Notes under the pieces: model-generated
Databases searched by the model: none
The model's input: the letters and a program-made list of their open reading frames with translations, nothing else
Told to the model about the DNA's origin: nothing
NCBI RefSeq assembly: GCF_964355755.1
Contig: NC_092674.1
Span: 18,042,001 to 18,106,000, forward strand
Source of the DNA: Antedon mediterranea
Taxonomy: Eukaryota > Animalia > Echinodermata
Length of the DNA stretch: 64,000 nt
Direction of reading: 5' to 3'
Program-made: the position numbers and the translations under genes
Shown: positions 46,376 through 59,979 of the stretch, in pieces
Layout: each line of letters begins with the position of its first letter
Numbering within the stretch: the first letter of the stretch is position 1

Positions 46376-48997
46376 ACCTGTTAATTAAAAAATCGTTTAT
46401 GCCTATTGTTGCATAAAGATCAAATTTAGACTGCAAATACTGGGATGATCACCCTAAATTTTCTTTTTCATTTAACAATTTTATATATATAGATGTATCT
46501 CTCCAAACTACTCCAACTACCTAATCTAATAATAGTACTATTAGCATACTACTGTACACTTTGTAGACAAGAAATAAGTTGTATCCACCTAGATGACTTA
46601 TGTTGGTACTGTACAGTCGATCGTCCTCTCACTGGTCTGGTCAACATAATCTACGCCTAGATTATTACAGTAATTAAAGTACATTATTACAGAGATTTTT
46701 TTTTTTTTGTCAGAAATCAAAGTTATGTGTATAGAAAGCAGTACTCGTATTAAAAACTAAGCAGGTTGTACTCTTGAACGCAAACTGGCAGGAAAATTTT
46801 GAATATTTTTTGTTGTTGAAATGATGGAATCCTAACTTCAATTTCCACGAACTGGAGACGAAGACATATTACGACCCTTTTATTTAAATTTATTTGGATA
46901 GACCTCCATGTAAATTCATTAAAGGCTATATGATTGTTTTATATTTTAATATGTGATAGTAGAAAATCATTGTGTATAATGAGGACTATGAATCTGATAT
47001 TTACTTGCATTCTCATCTTTTTAAAATGTTATTTATATTATAATGCTGGTAATGAATTTACTATTGAAAAAGTCATGTGTCCACTTACCTCAAATTGTGG
47101 CACACCTCTAACCTTGGTAGAACTGACTGTGTTCTATATGAGTACATTTAATTTGCCATATAGTAGTGTTTCCACCATACTTCAACCTGGTAATTGAATA
47201 CATTTCATCGGGGTAAAATTATCACCTTTAACATAAAGTATCCTCCTGAAACATGTATTTGTATTGTACTTCATCTACTATTCATTTAATTACTTAATAC
47301 TAATTTGGGTGATTTATGTCTAACTTCAGGAATGATCTGAGGCTAGAAGAACGAATTTCTGCACATATAATTTATATAAAAAATAAACCAATGTTTTCCT
47401 AAAAATTTAACCCCTAGGTTGATAACTAACAAAGAAATTATTGAAATTGTGTTCTCACAATATATGTGTACTGTATCTACATATGCATACTGCTGTACTT
47501 GTTTTTAACCGCATAATGGCATTAAAAAAAAAGAATGTTTTATAATTATTATGTTATTTCCAAATATTAAAGGTCTGAAACAGAAACTAAATGTTACCAA
47601 ACTATGTTTTTGAAAATCTCTTATGATATAATATAATGAACATAATATTAAATTATATTGACTATTTTTGATAATCATCATCGGTAAGGCCCTATACTGT
47701 TTATATTTAAGGAAAGTTTATATACACTATTATTTTATGCCTACCAATATTAGTATTAATTGTTTATGTAACTATTTTGTCTAATTGCATTGATTTTTTG
47801 TATAGGCCAATGGCATTAATGTTGTCTCAAATCAAATTAGCCTAATAATGCCATATTTAGAAACATAATTCATTGATTTCTGATATTCTGTACTTGTGTA
47901 TGCATTACTAAAATAGTAGTTATTTTATTTCATTTATAATGTATGTATAAACTTTTATTCAGTTTTTTTTTTACATTTTTAAGTTCAAAAATTATTAAAA
48001 TACCTATCTACCTTTCTGTTATTGTTATAATATTTTTTGAGGCAGATTGATTTCAATAAAAAAATTTAAACAATTAATTTGATTTATACTGTACTATGTT
48101 AGTTCAGGAGATGAAGTGTGTGTTGGTAGAATCTGGTGTGTTGGAGGTTGGTGATGTGAGGTGTATTTTTGTCACTTTAAGACCTAAATTAGATGTTTTC
48201 TGAAGAAAAGAAGCGAATAGGCTTCCCAATAAAATAGTATGTAATAGTTTGTAATTGATGAACCGATGTGCGAGAAACACGTCTGTAAATTCATCAATTT
48301 AAAGCATTTATTTTTTACTTTTTGTGTGATCTCCTTCGTAAAAGTATTTTTGAGGCCTAATTCTAAGGTGTGGTACTCACGATAAAGTTTCTTAATACAT
48401 TTTGAGTCGAAATAAATGACAGGTGCGAAAAGGAACTAGCGCCGTTGAATCTTATTCATTTAGGTGAGTTTTTGTTTCGCTAACAGGAGAGGCCTAGCTA
48501 CAGTAGGCCTGAATTTGCTGCTGCTACTGTACTACTAGTCTACTACTACTACTACTACTACTAGCACTGACAGTCTCGAGTAGCCTAACTGCTGCCTACT
48601 TCTGTCTCTAGAAGTAGAGTGTAGTAGGCCTAGCTAGGCAGTACACTGCTAGCTAGGGCTACAGTAGACCACCACCAGAAGGGATGTATTTTTGTTTTAA
48701 TCATGATGAATTGGTTTAATTTTTAAAGATTTCAACTATCTATTTGGCAGTGAAAATTAAAAAAAAAAAGAAAATCTAAATATTGTTTTGGATGTTTTAC
48801 TGATGCAATATTTTAAAAATATTTTCTGTATCAAATGCAATAGGTTCAAATTAATATTCCGCAAATAAACATTTTATGCAGATATTTTGACACAAATTTC
48901 TTTTTTTTTTTAGGTTGATTGATTGAACAATAAGAGCAAGTAGTGAGAAACATAAAATGTATCGTACAGTGGCAACATTCACAATTTATTGACTATG

Positions 48998-50232
48998 GGT
49001 GCAATTGGGTGGAGGGAGTCATTAAACTTGAACATTGAGGATAAATATGATGGTGATTGACCATTAATGCATTTGAAAGTTGTAAATAGTAGATGTTCCC
49101 TCCATTTACTGTAACCCAATTAAGTGTTTTAAAAATATCATTTATTGGTGTTATTTTAGTTCCCATTATTAAAAATAAGACTGGTGATATTTATTTATTT
49201 ATTCTTTATTTTGACTGGATTGCATTTTCAGTAATGCAGTACAGCTTTAAATAATGGTCCAGTTACAAGTTTAAAAGTAAAGAAAAATTATAACATATAA
49301 AAATACAGAAAGATAAAAGCATAGTAGGCCTAATTTAAAAGATATACAGAACAGTTAAAAACAAATTTTCTTTAGTATAAAAGACATTTTTTTATTTAAT
49401 AAATAATTTCCCAGTTACTTTTGTTCTAGTTTCAGTTGGTAAAAGATTCCATTCTTCTGTTGCTCTGTATTTGAAGGTTCTTTTACCTTGACCATTTTTC
49501 CAATTTGGTGTTATTAATGTTTTACAACTTTGGCTACGGGTGCATTTGGGTGGAGGGAGTCATAAAACTTAAACATTGAGGATAAATATGATGGTGAATG
49601 TCCATTAATGCATTTGAAAATTGTAAATAGTAGATGTTCCCTCCATTTACTGTAACCCAATTAAGTGTTTTAAAAATATCATTTATTGGTGTTATTTTAG
49701 TTCCCATTATTAAAAATAAGACTGGTGATATTTATTTATTTATTCTTTATTTTGACTGGATTGCATTTTCAGTAATGCAGTACAGCTTTAAATAATGGTC
49801 CAGTTACAAGTTTAAAAGTAAAGAAAAATTATAACATATAAAAATACAGAAAGATAAAAGCATAGTAGGCCTAATTTAAAAGATATACAGAACAGTTAAA
49901 AACAAATTTTCTTTAGTATAAAAGACATTTTTTTATTTAATAAATAATTTCCCAGTTACTTTTGTTCTAGTTTCAGTTGGTAAAAGATTCCATTCTTCTG
50001 TTGCTCTGTATTTGAAGGTTCTTTTACCTTGACCATTTTTCCAATTTGGTGTTATTAATGTTTTACAACTTTGGCTACGGGTGCATTTGGGTGGAGGGAG
50101 TCATAAAACTTAAACATTGAGGATAAATATGATGGTGAATGTCCATTAATGCATTTGAAAATTGTAAATAGTAGATGTTCCCTCCATTTAGTGTAACCCA
50201 ATTAAGTGTTTTAAAAATATCATTTATTGGTG
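48998..50232. repeat. Tandem repeat, ~540-bp unit x ~2.3, made of a LINE 3' end
   Basis: GGGTGCA.TTGGGTGGAGGGAGTCAT at 48998, 49538 and 50079; units nearly identical. Confidence 0.9.
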
Positions 50233-51435
50233 TGTATATATATCTGCGGATAACAGAACTCAACCTAATCTATTGAACAAATAATGAATGTTTATGAGTG
50301 TAATGGTACAAATAATGGCACGAGGTGAATGATGAAAGGTTATATCAACGAGGCGATGAGCCGAGTTGATATAACCTTTCATCATTCACCAAGTGCCATT
50401 ATTTGTACCATTACACGAATACAAAACATTCATTATTTGTTTTATATAACATCTAAATAAATTCTAGTTATTTGAATCAAATAAAAGGTAGCCCTAACCA
50501 AAGCTTACTACATTTCATTCACACACATTGATTAAAAACAGTAACATTTGGTTTTTAATAATTTTATATTAAATGTTATATTTATATGGATTTCGTAAAC
50601 ACACCTACTTTTGTGTTAATTATGTCAACAAACGACCAAACAATCCTAGGCCTAGCAAGGCTAAAACGCCTAGGCTAGGGCTAGCCTAATACTAGCATGG
50701 CCTAGGCTACCCTAGTAGCCTAGTAGTACTAGCTTGGCTGAAAGGCAAAACTTCGACAGACAATTGGAACTTATCTAAGCTAATTATGGTTTTTCCAACA
50801 ATTCCACGTCTTGTAGGGATGTCCCCATTAATTAATCAAAATCCTAAAAACGATCTAAAGCTAATTTAAATGCCTTTTTGAATGAAATTAGTACATAATG
50901 TCCAAATCGTACACAAATATCTGCTGCTGTTGCATATCTCGCGGTGGTGTTTACAAATGAAACTGAGACCAGACGACAGGTGGCGTGGCGCTGTTGTATT
51001 TCACAGTACAGAGCCATATCATAGGATAATTTGTGTACTAGATTTTTTTTCATCCGCGAGACGTTTTTTTTTTCGTACACAAAAATGTTTCAAAAAGTAC
51101 TATTTAACGATCGTTGAATAGTGCGTACTATTGCACGCCATGTGACCCACAATCGTCCAATCAAATGACAGGAATTTATTTAGGTGTTATATAATTAATA
51201 ATATTTGAAGCGTATTTAAATTTTGATTTGTACAATTAGTCCATACAGCACTACAATAGTCAAACAATGGCATTACAAGAGAATTTGCCAGCATAATAGT
51301 TGTATGAGATGGCAAGTAGTATTTCACACGTCCTATTACCCCTATTCGTTTAGAAACTTTTGATGATACACTATTTATTTGATCCTTCCACGTCAATTTA
51401 GGATCAAATATAACACCTAAATACTTAAATGAAAA
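49730..51435 (-). mobile_element. 5'-truncated L2/CR1-group LINE interrupted by a Crypton-like element
   Basis: FKYLGVIFDPKLTWKDQI..LVMPLFDYCSAVW (51187-51430), continuing FKTLNW..FKCING..GKRTFKYRATEEWNLLP and a (TAAA)n tail. Confidence 0.8.
50276..51194. mobile_element. Crypton-like non-autonomous element with a long terminal hairpin
   Basis: ~74-bp stem (50276-50349 / 50365-50441) around GAGGCGATGAGCCGA; inverted pair TTATATAACATCTAAATAA (50442-50460) / TTATTTAGGTGTTATATAA (51176-51194); CCAATCAAATGACAG subterminal motif; no TSD. Confidence 0.6.
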
Positions 51436-52959
51436 TTACCAGGGCACAATTTAGACTGGCTGTTAAACATATGGAATGATCCCCCTCAGAATTCTGATAC
51501 ATTTGAGAAAGGGCGATGGACTTAGACAAGATTGAATATTTCATATGTTGCTTTGCTGCTTGTTTTTTTGGTATTTTTATGAATGATTTTTTTGATATTT
51601 TTTGTGTGGATATTTTCTGATATATTTATTGAATAATAATAATAATAATAATAATAACAGGATTTTTATAGCGCACATACCACTCAAGAGTGCTCAAGGC
51701 GCATTAAAAAAAAATGCTACATTTTATCTTTATGTGCTGTGTAAGAAGGTTACACAGACTCTTGTCATAGGGATTTAGTTCCCCCTGTGTTTCCTGCCAC
51801 TTACTATGTAGTTGTTTGTTTATTGTTTTATGATTGGCAATAATATTAAGAATAAGAATAAGAATTGTGTATATGATGCTAGATTACCTTTTCACCAAAA
51901 GCAACATACCATTAACTGGAGGGTTGATTTATAATTTTCCCAGTATAATGTTGAATTAAGATACAAGCAGTAAGTAAAAAAAAAGAATGACTTTCCTCTT
52001 ATTTCTTTCAAATATTAACAACAATACTAAATGTCAATGCAGTAAAATATCATTATACTGTAAAGTAGGTCCAGATCTATTATTTTTCAATAACTCTTAA
52101 AGTATTTAGTTAAATGCATATATTTATATTAAACATGAATAGAAAGTATTACTTCTGCATCATTTTCCATTATTTTCATTTCTAGGATGTACGGTTTACC
52201 AGTTCTGAGGAATCGGACATTACTGAGGTCAAAGGTAACATTTTAATAGGCTTCAAATCTTAAAATTTTGTATACAAGTTGCCATACCAAGTTTTATGCT
52301 TCTAACTAAATTAAGTATTTTGGGTCTATGGAGCTCCACTATTACTGTTAAATAATTTAATTAATAATCAAGTACAGTGTTGCTGATACGACTGTATATT
52401 TTACAGTATTGTTTTACATCACTGTATTCGCAATTACAAATTGCTACTGTAAATTTTACAGTAGATTGTTAACGCATAGAGTTGTCTATTGAGTTGAGAC
52501 TATTATGTCTCATATAGATACTGTATACAGTATATACTGTATATCTATTTATAGTGTAGCATAGGTGAATTTATAGGACCCACATACTTGTTGGTATGAT
52601 GACATTATCAAAATCAAACATGAAGATGACAATTGCGGACGTTACTGATTTGAGCAAAAAGATATAAGATTTGAAAGAAAATTTGTTCGTTTTTATGTGC
52701 TAATATATTTATCATTGATCTGAAGTTGATTGATATGTGATGAGTTATTGATATATGAATGATTTAAAGGTGATTTCACAAATATAAATAAATAAACGTA
52801 TAAATGATGTAACGGATGAGTGATCATGCTAAAAAGCTTATTAGGATAAGTTACATTATTTGGAAGATATTGTGAAATTTTGGTGATCATTAACATTTCA
52901 CTTTTTGAGATAATTATTACACAAAATAGTGTACAGAAAGAAACACTAATATTAAATAA

Positions 52960-53504
52960 AGACACCTTCCCTACGTTTTTTAGATCTATTTTAAGATCAC
53001 AAACTATATTTAATGTAAAAATAATTTTCGTCTAATAATTCTAGCGGCCAGCTATAAATCCCAAAATGCATTGCGCGCGGATTGATATTTCTGTTTTTCT
53101 TCTGTAATTCACCCACTTTTCGATCGATCGTGAGGCCAAAACAAATGTTTTCAGCGAAAATACCGGGTTTTCCCCAATTTGTATCAACGGTGTCTGGCAA
53201 AAATAGAAAGACAATTAATGCAGCAACTATACAACGTCAAGCTAGGTATATAGCTAGCGTACGATGTTCGTACGTTACCGATGTTTACCAGTAGGCCTAC
53301 AAAACTAAGCCTAGCTAGACTAGGCCTAAAGACCGTCCACGAGAGGTCAGTCGCCGCGAGCTACTTAGGTAGTGCATTGTTTCTGACTTTTTATCAAAAT
53401 ACCATAAAACGTACAATTAAGGAAGGAATGACCTGGTTTAATGTTTTTAAAGTAATATATATGTATTATTTTTACAAAAGTCACAAATTGTAGGGAAGGT
53501 GTCT
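52960..53504. mobile_element. Kolobok-like MITE, copy 3 (inverted relative to copies 1 and 2)
   Basis: TIR AGACACCTTCCCTAC / GTAGGGAAGGTGTCT; interior is the reverse complement of 19507-20130; degenerate TTAA flanks. Confidence 0.8.
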
Positions 53505-53680
53505 GTAAAGTTTTCATACAATAACAATAGGTGATTATTATTAGTATTCTAAATGATCACTTAATAATAAAGATTTCATACAATAACAGTAGGTGATCAT
53601 TTTATTTATAAATAATCACCTAATAATACAATATAATAATACAATATATAATAACATTTAATTGTGTTCTCCAGTAGCCA

Positions 53681-54505
53681 TAAGATAAGATAAGATAACT
53701 TTTATTGATCCTCAAAAAGGAAATTCATTGCTCGTCATAAAAATACAAAGAAAACACAATAAATACAATGATAGGATAGAACAACCATTCATATAAAAAC
53801 ATCTAAAAAATACAAAATAAGCTAAGTTATTATCTTCTTGACTTCCTGTTGTACTGGATGATACCGGAGGGGATAAAGGATTTGGCATATCGATTTGTTT
53901 TCATACTGAGGAGCCTCAATCTACCACTTGGATTAAGTTGGTCTATGATTACTTTGTGGAGAGGATGAGAGGCATCAGACGCAATGAGATCTTTCTGGAG
54001 GTGTTCTAGGTGCACATCGGTAATGGAAGGCAGTTCCAGACCAATCATTTTACCAGCCCGACGGATGAAAGTTTCAAGGCGTCCTTTATTCTCTCCGGTA
54101 GCATTACCAGCCCAACAGGAGAGGCAGTATAGGTCCAAACACTACATATTACGGATCTATAGAACGAAAGTAACATCAGATCACCGGAGTTAAATTTAGA
54201 TAAAGTTCTCATACAATACATTCTGGGATTTTATTTTTTGCTGATGAAGTCTATGTGGTCTCCACAACTTAGTTTATCATTGAAAACAATTCCTAGATAC
54301 TTGTACTGGTCAACAATTTCAATTTCTTTACATTTGATAGTGATTGGTTGAAAATTAAATTTATGTTTAGTCCTAAAATCAATGATCATCTCCTTTGTTT
54401 TTGATGCATTTATTTGGAGATAATTATCGTCACAAAATTTAACAAATCTTTGTATTTCGCTATGATAATTTTCATCATTGTTTGAAACTATAAGACCAAT
54501 AGTAT
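53681..54505 (-). mobile_element. 5'-truncated Rex1/Babar-like LINE fragment
   Basis: LQINASKTKEMIIDFR..YKYLG, CWAGNAT..HPLH..SGRLR..KTNRYAKSFIP; (TTATC)n tail. Confidence 0.85.
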
Positions 54506-55931
54506 AGCCATATACGTTCATAATAGTCGTGACAGTAACCACATATGAACTACAGAAAATGACCATGTGGAGCACTAGTAACGCTCCTTTATTATTATTA
54601 TTATTCAAAAGTGTGGTCTTTGTACTTTTTGCAAATTTAACATATTCTATTCTGTGATTGTATCTATGCAAATAAATTGTGGACATTTTGTAATAATAAA
54701 CAAATAAAAAACAGTTGTTGGAATAAACTAATTTAAAGGAAAATATTAGTTTAGGCTAATTTAACCATCAAACTTTAGGACTAGGATTTTGTGAAACGTA
54801 ATATAACAATAGAAGAGTATGAGGAATCGTTTAATGACCAAATAGAAAAATTTAGTGACGAAAGGAAACTATTGAAAATTTTAACTTTATAAAGGCAAAA
54901 ACATTGATATTTGAGTTTTTGAATCTAGTTGTTAGACTTGCGTTATTTATCAAGGATTGTATTTCAAAAGTTAGGCCTATTACGTTCTCACAATATGACT
55001 CACTCCAATGATTAAATTCTAGAGGGAGACTGGGATTTTATGACCAGTATCTGCGTTCTAATTTAATATTGTTTTCATATTCAATCTTGCAGAGGACCGG
55101 AGAATTTTTAGGCTATTGTCTGAGGCACTTACAGGATATTTTTGTATATCCCAATGTTCCAATAAAAAAAAAAGCAATTGGCTGTGTTGCTTTTCACATG
55201 ATTAAATCTTGTAGGCTTAGTAGTTTTAGAGTGGACACATACCTATCAACATAATCAGTCATCAAACATTTGTGGCTTTTTCAAATGATTAAACTCTCTG
55301 GGCGCATCATGCTTTAATCCTAAGTTTTCTTTAATGCCAAATTATTTACTGTATTTTAATTGCATATTGACCACTTTAGAACATAATTAAAACAAATATA
55401 GAATGAGACCTTTTGCAGCATTTTGTTGATGGATTTATGTCAGGCAGTCAAAATGGAATGTAATCATGTGGATACTTGACTGATAGTAAATTCTCCATAT
55501 ATGTTTGTAGGTGATGCCAGCCAAGTTGCTTATAAATCTGGAAAAAAAAATAATGAAAGAAATATGTTAGTTGTAAAATCAAGTTAAAAAAGGCCATTTT
55601 GAGAATTTTATAAAATGTTTAAATTTTTTTTCTTGCACACACAGGTCAGCATTTTTACGGAAATAATGACGCATGTAAAACCAAAAAAATGAGTAATTTG
55701 TGTCTTGATGACATTATCATATTAAAAAATTAGAATATAGGTGGGTCCAGTATTTTATTTTGTTACGGTGATCTTTCAAAATCCTGTTGCGCATGGGCAA
55801 AATTAGAAGTTCTCGCAGTTTTTCCCATTGACCACTGTTTCGTAATGGACAACTTATCACTCGGTAAGATTGATAACGAAAAAACAAGAAAAATAAGTAG
55901 GGCTTGAGAGCTTGCGGGTCCGGCATGCTAA

Positions 55932-56945
55932 TTGACTGCGGTAAGCAAGCCTCCGATGCAGAGCCCAGCAGCAGGAGGAGGAGCTAAGCCTCCTTCGTCT
56001 GCGTCAAAATCGAAGGCGCAAAAAACAACGCCATCGACACCGGCCAAGCGCACGTCGTTATCAGGTAACCTGATAGACTCCCGTTTGTCGGAGATTGAAA
56101 AATCTATACAACAACAGAGTGTTCAAAACCAAACTCTGTCAGATTTGCTGTTACAAGTGTTGAACACTACAGCATCTGGGCCACAACAACGCACTGACGA
56201 CGCTGATAATATCAGTGGTGATGATAATAATAATATAGGCCTAGGCCCAGAGGGTTACTATGGTGATGATTATTATCCATCTAGCCTAGATAGTACTCCA
56301 GACGAAGTGGGAACTAGCGCCGGTCCTGGCGACCTACTAGGCCTAGCTGAGCAAGGCTTGGCCTCACAAATCGAAAGTAGGCCTAAGATGGACACCCCAC
56401 AAATTGTTGGGGAACAAAAACCCCCAGGGTTTGCAGCCAGATTTGCTGCAACGATTGATGTCGGCCCACCGATTGATGATAACATAGCCTAAATTATCTG
56501 GTACACTCACCAATGGAGGAAACAGCAACAAGTGACCTCCATAAGGCTTACAGTTGCCCAAGAAACGCCATAAACTTAGTGGTGCCAAAGTTGCAACGCA
56601 TTCAGAAACCCCTAATAAAGGGGATCATAGCAATTGCTAGATATACCAAAAACTTGGCAACTGAAAACACCGAGGTTCAAGACTCCTTTGCTCTCTTAGC
56701 AAATGCAAATTATGAGCTCCCTTCCCTGTGGAAAGATATGCTTAGACCAGAACTAAGTGCAAAATATGCACAATTGTGCAAACCAACCAATAATGAATAT
56801 AATTTTTGTTTGGGGATTTGGGCAAGAGGCGACGGCAGGCCTATTTAAGCAACTACAAAGTCATGCAAAGTTTAAGCCAAGGTTTCATCCATACCGGCCA
56901 GCTCCGAGCCAAGCCTACAGCAGGCCTTTTTTAGGCCAGCAGTAA
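55932..56945 (+). pseudogene. DIRS ORF1 (gag-like), disrupted
   Basis: Low-complexity N-terminus, then CPRNAINLVVPK..LQRIQKPL..ALLANANYEL...R.EL..KYAQLC..PFLGQ, as recalled for DIRS ORF1. Confidence 0.7.
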
Positions 56946-59242
56946 GGGGCGACGCCCGGATCGTACTTGGACGCAAAGTCAGCCAACAAAATGACCACAT
57001 CCAACAAAGGTGCAACCGAAAAACCAACAGAGGTACGTAGGTAAGGATATCCTTTACTATTGATAATGCTAAGTTATTACACATAACCCCACATGAACCA
57101 ATGGGAGGCCGATTGAAACTATACGTCTGATCAATTCATATATCATCATGGCTATGAGATTGAATTCTCAAAATCCGTTCCTTTATTTTTGACTGTAAAT
57201 ATCCCTCATCCCTATAAACTAGGTGAGGAGGAAATGAAAGCAATTGATAGAGAGCTATGCAATATACTACATAAGGGTGTTGTGACACTCTCTAAACATG
57301 AAAAAGGTCAGGTTGTATCCAATATCTTTGCTAGGCCAAAAAAGGATGGATACAGGATGATTCTAGACATTTCAAAGTTGAATAAAACTTACAAGCATTT
57401 TAAAATGGAAACATTTACAAATGTTATAACACAAATATCTCTAGGTGACTACATGGCGTCAGTAGACCTAAAGGATGCCTACTACACAGTACCGATTGCT
57501 GACTCAGCCATAAAGTACCTAAAGTTTATGTGGAGAGGTAAACTATACCAGTATATGGCATTGCCCAATGGATTGAGTTCTGGGCCTAAGACTCTTTACA
57601 AAGATCTTAAAACCTCCTCTCTCACACCTTAGGAAGAATGGCCATATTGTATTTGCCTACATTGACGATATCCTCTGCATCAATTCCTCTAGGGAACATG
57701 CTAAGGTCACGGCTTTAGAAACGTGTTCAGTCCTTTCCAGCTTGGGATTTATTATAAATCAAGATAAATCTAGGCTCCTGCCACAACAAATCATACAATT
57801 TTTAGGGTTTGAAATAAATTCTGCCAATATGACAGTTACCCTTCCACAATCCAAAAAGATGGATATTTTAGAAGGATGTGAAAACTTACTTGTAGGGGAT
57901 ACACCTTCAATCCGCCAGGTGGCAAAATTGCTGGGAAAAATAATTGCAGCGTTACCTGCAGTGGAGTATGGTAAACTCCACTACAGAGATCTAGAAAAGG
58001 ATAAAATTATCGCCCTTAAACAAAATCACGGTCATTTTGACAGGCCAATGCAACTTTCTAAACAGGGAAGGGAAGATGTACACTAGTCCAAAAGCATTAG
58101 TTCATAAGTATAGGCAGACCCGGACATTTCTGGTAACAAGCTAATTTTTTCAGGAAAGGTCCAGAACTATGATTGGAACATCATACTAAAAGTCCTGAAA
58201 AATCCTCCTTGTGCTCTCCGAGAAAATCAAGATGGCGTCCAAAATGGTTGCCATTTTAATTAGTCTATAACTTTGTAACCGCTTGTCGTAGAGTATTGAT
58301 TTTGGTGTCAAATAGTTCACAGTATATACATTCCTATTTGCCCTAACAGAAAATTTTGTAAAAAAATGGCCGCTACTACAGTTTCTGGTAGTTTGACCTT
58401 TGACCTGGTCTTATCATATCTCGGTAATGGCTTGTCATAGAGAATTGAGATTAGACCCAAATTGTTCAGAACATGCATATTTATATTTGGTGTAATGAAA
58501 TATTTTATCTCAAAATGACCGGAAGTGAGGTTATTGACCTCTTATTGACCTATTCAAATATCTTTTACCATATCTTAAGAAATATTTACCGTATAACGTT
58601 ACTTTTGGTGTCAAATTGTTTGGAACATATACATTTCTATTTAGTCTAATACAAAAGTTTGCCCTAAAATGCTCGGAAGTAAGTTAAATTATTGAACATT
58701 TTAAAAATCAAAGAGCTGCATAGGCAGAGTATATGAATACTGTAGATAAAATCAAAAACAAAATTTTAACTCTGCCTTAAAACATGTTTTTGGCGTAGCA
58801 CATCATCAGGTTTTTATTTTTTAAATTTTATTTTATTCAATTTCCAGGTAACATACAAAAATCATAAACAAGGCACGGCATCATTCAACAAAACAGAACA
58901 ACCAAAAGTGGATCAGTTCAAAAGAACTGCACTGTCGAGTGGCTTTCCCAACTAATAGTACGAAAAACGCAATAGACATAAAAACACAGTGATAGTCTAG
59001 ATGAATTCGATATCAGTAATACATTTTTTCAAATCCCTTCTAAACCCCCCAAAAAAGGGTAAGGTAAAGTGAATTGTTACAAAAAGAAAATATAAAGTCA
59101 ATAAATTACAAAGAACAACTGTCAGTGGCTAATCAAAGTTGGTTAAGTAAGCAAAAGACAATTGGAAAATAGCTATGTACATGGCACATATCCGGATTGT
59201 CAAAAACAAATGTCAAAGACCCTTTATCTGCAATACGATGTC

Positions 59243-59680
59243 GGTTGGTAAACACTAACTCATATTCATATTTTTTCGTTATTTTTACACTGGATGTTAA
59301 TACTTGGAGGCAAATATAAATGTTTTTAAACATTTTTCAAAATTTTTTAACATTTTCAGCAATTTCGCTCGGTTGGTCAGTTAGTAAACACTAACTCATA
59401 TTCATATTTTCCGTTATTTTGACACTCGATATTAATACTTGGAGGCAAATATAAATGTTTTTAAACATTTTTCAACATTTTTAAACATTTTCAGCAATTT
59501 CGGTTAGTCGGTCGGTCGGTAAAGACTAATTCATATTCATATTTTTTCGTTATTTTGACAGTGGATATTAATACTTGGAGGAAAATATACATGTTTTTAA
59601 AATTCTATCTACATTTTCAAAAATTTTCACCAATTTCGGTCGGTAGGTCGGTCGATAGGTTGGTCGGTAGGTCAGTAAAC
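59243..59680. repeat. ~136-bp tandem repeat x ~3
   Basis: TAAACACTAACTCATATTCATA at 59249 and 59385, variant at 59520. Confidence 0.8.
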
Positions 59681-59922
59681 AATAACTCAAATTTGCACAC
59701 GCGCATGCAGCCATGTATATGGACTGACTTATTAAAAATAATGCATTTTGAAACATTCTTTGTTTTAAATGTTCGTTATATGGTTTATTTATGATAAAAA
59801 GAGAATGTACCCTAGGTATTTCGCATCAAACACCCTTTACCAAGCATGCATAGACTTTTTTTCAGATTCAAATTTTATTTGGTACTTGTGGAAATCCATG
59901 AAAAAATAGATTGAAAGACACA

Positions 59923-59979
59923 GGCAATGATCCCGGTACCTCTACTAAGTGAGCGCTCTACCATTTGAGCTAGTCCCCC
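59923..59979 (-). pseudogene. Degenerate tRNA-Ala(AGC)-derived sequence
   Basis: Minus strand GGGGGACTAGCTCAAATGGTAGAGCGCTCACTTAG-TAGAGGTACCGGGATCATTGCC; D arm intact, anticodon arm deleted, no acceptor 3' half. Confidence 0.65.

Noticed and set aside
47089-47245. Minus-strand segment with a good acceptor and GTAAGT donor
   Set aside because: Stops in all three frames; could be a non-coding exon but unsupported without RNA data
52186-52234. Plus-strand 49-bp exon-like segment (DVRFTSSEESDITEVK)
   Set aside because: Too short, with no recognisable homology or linked exons
59923-59979. Functional tRNA-Ala gene
   Set aside because: Anticodon arm is deleted and the 3' acceptor stem is missing; reported only as a relic
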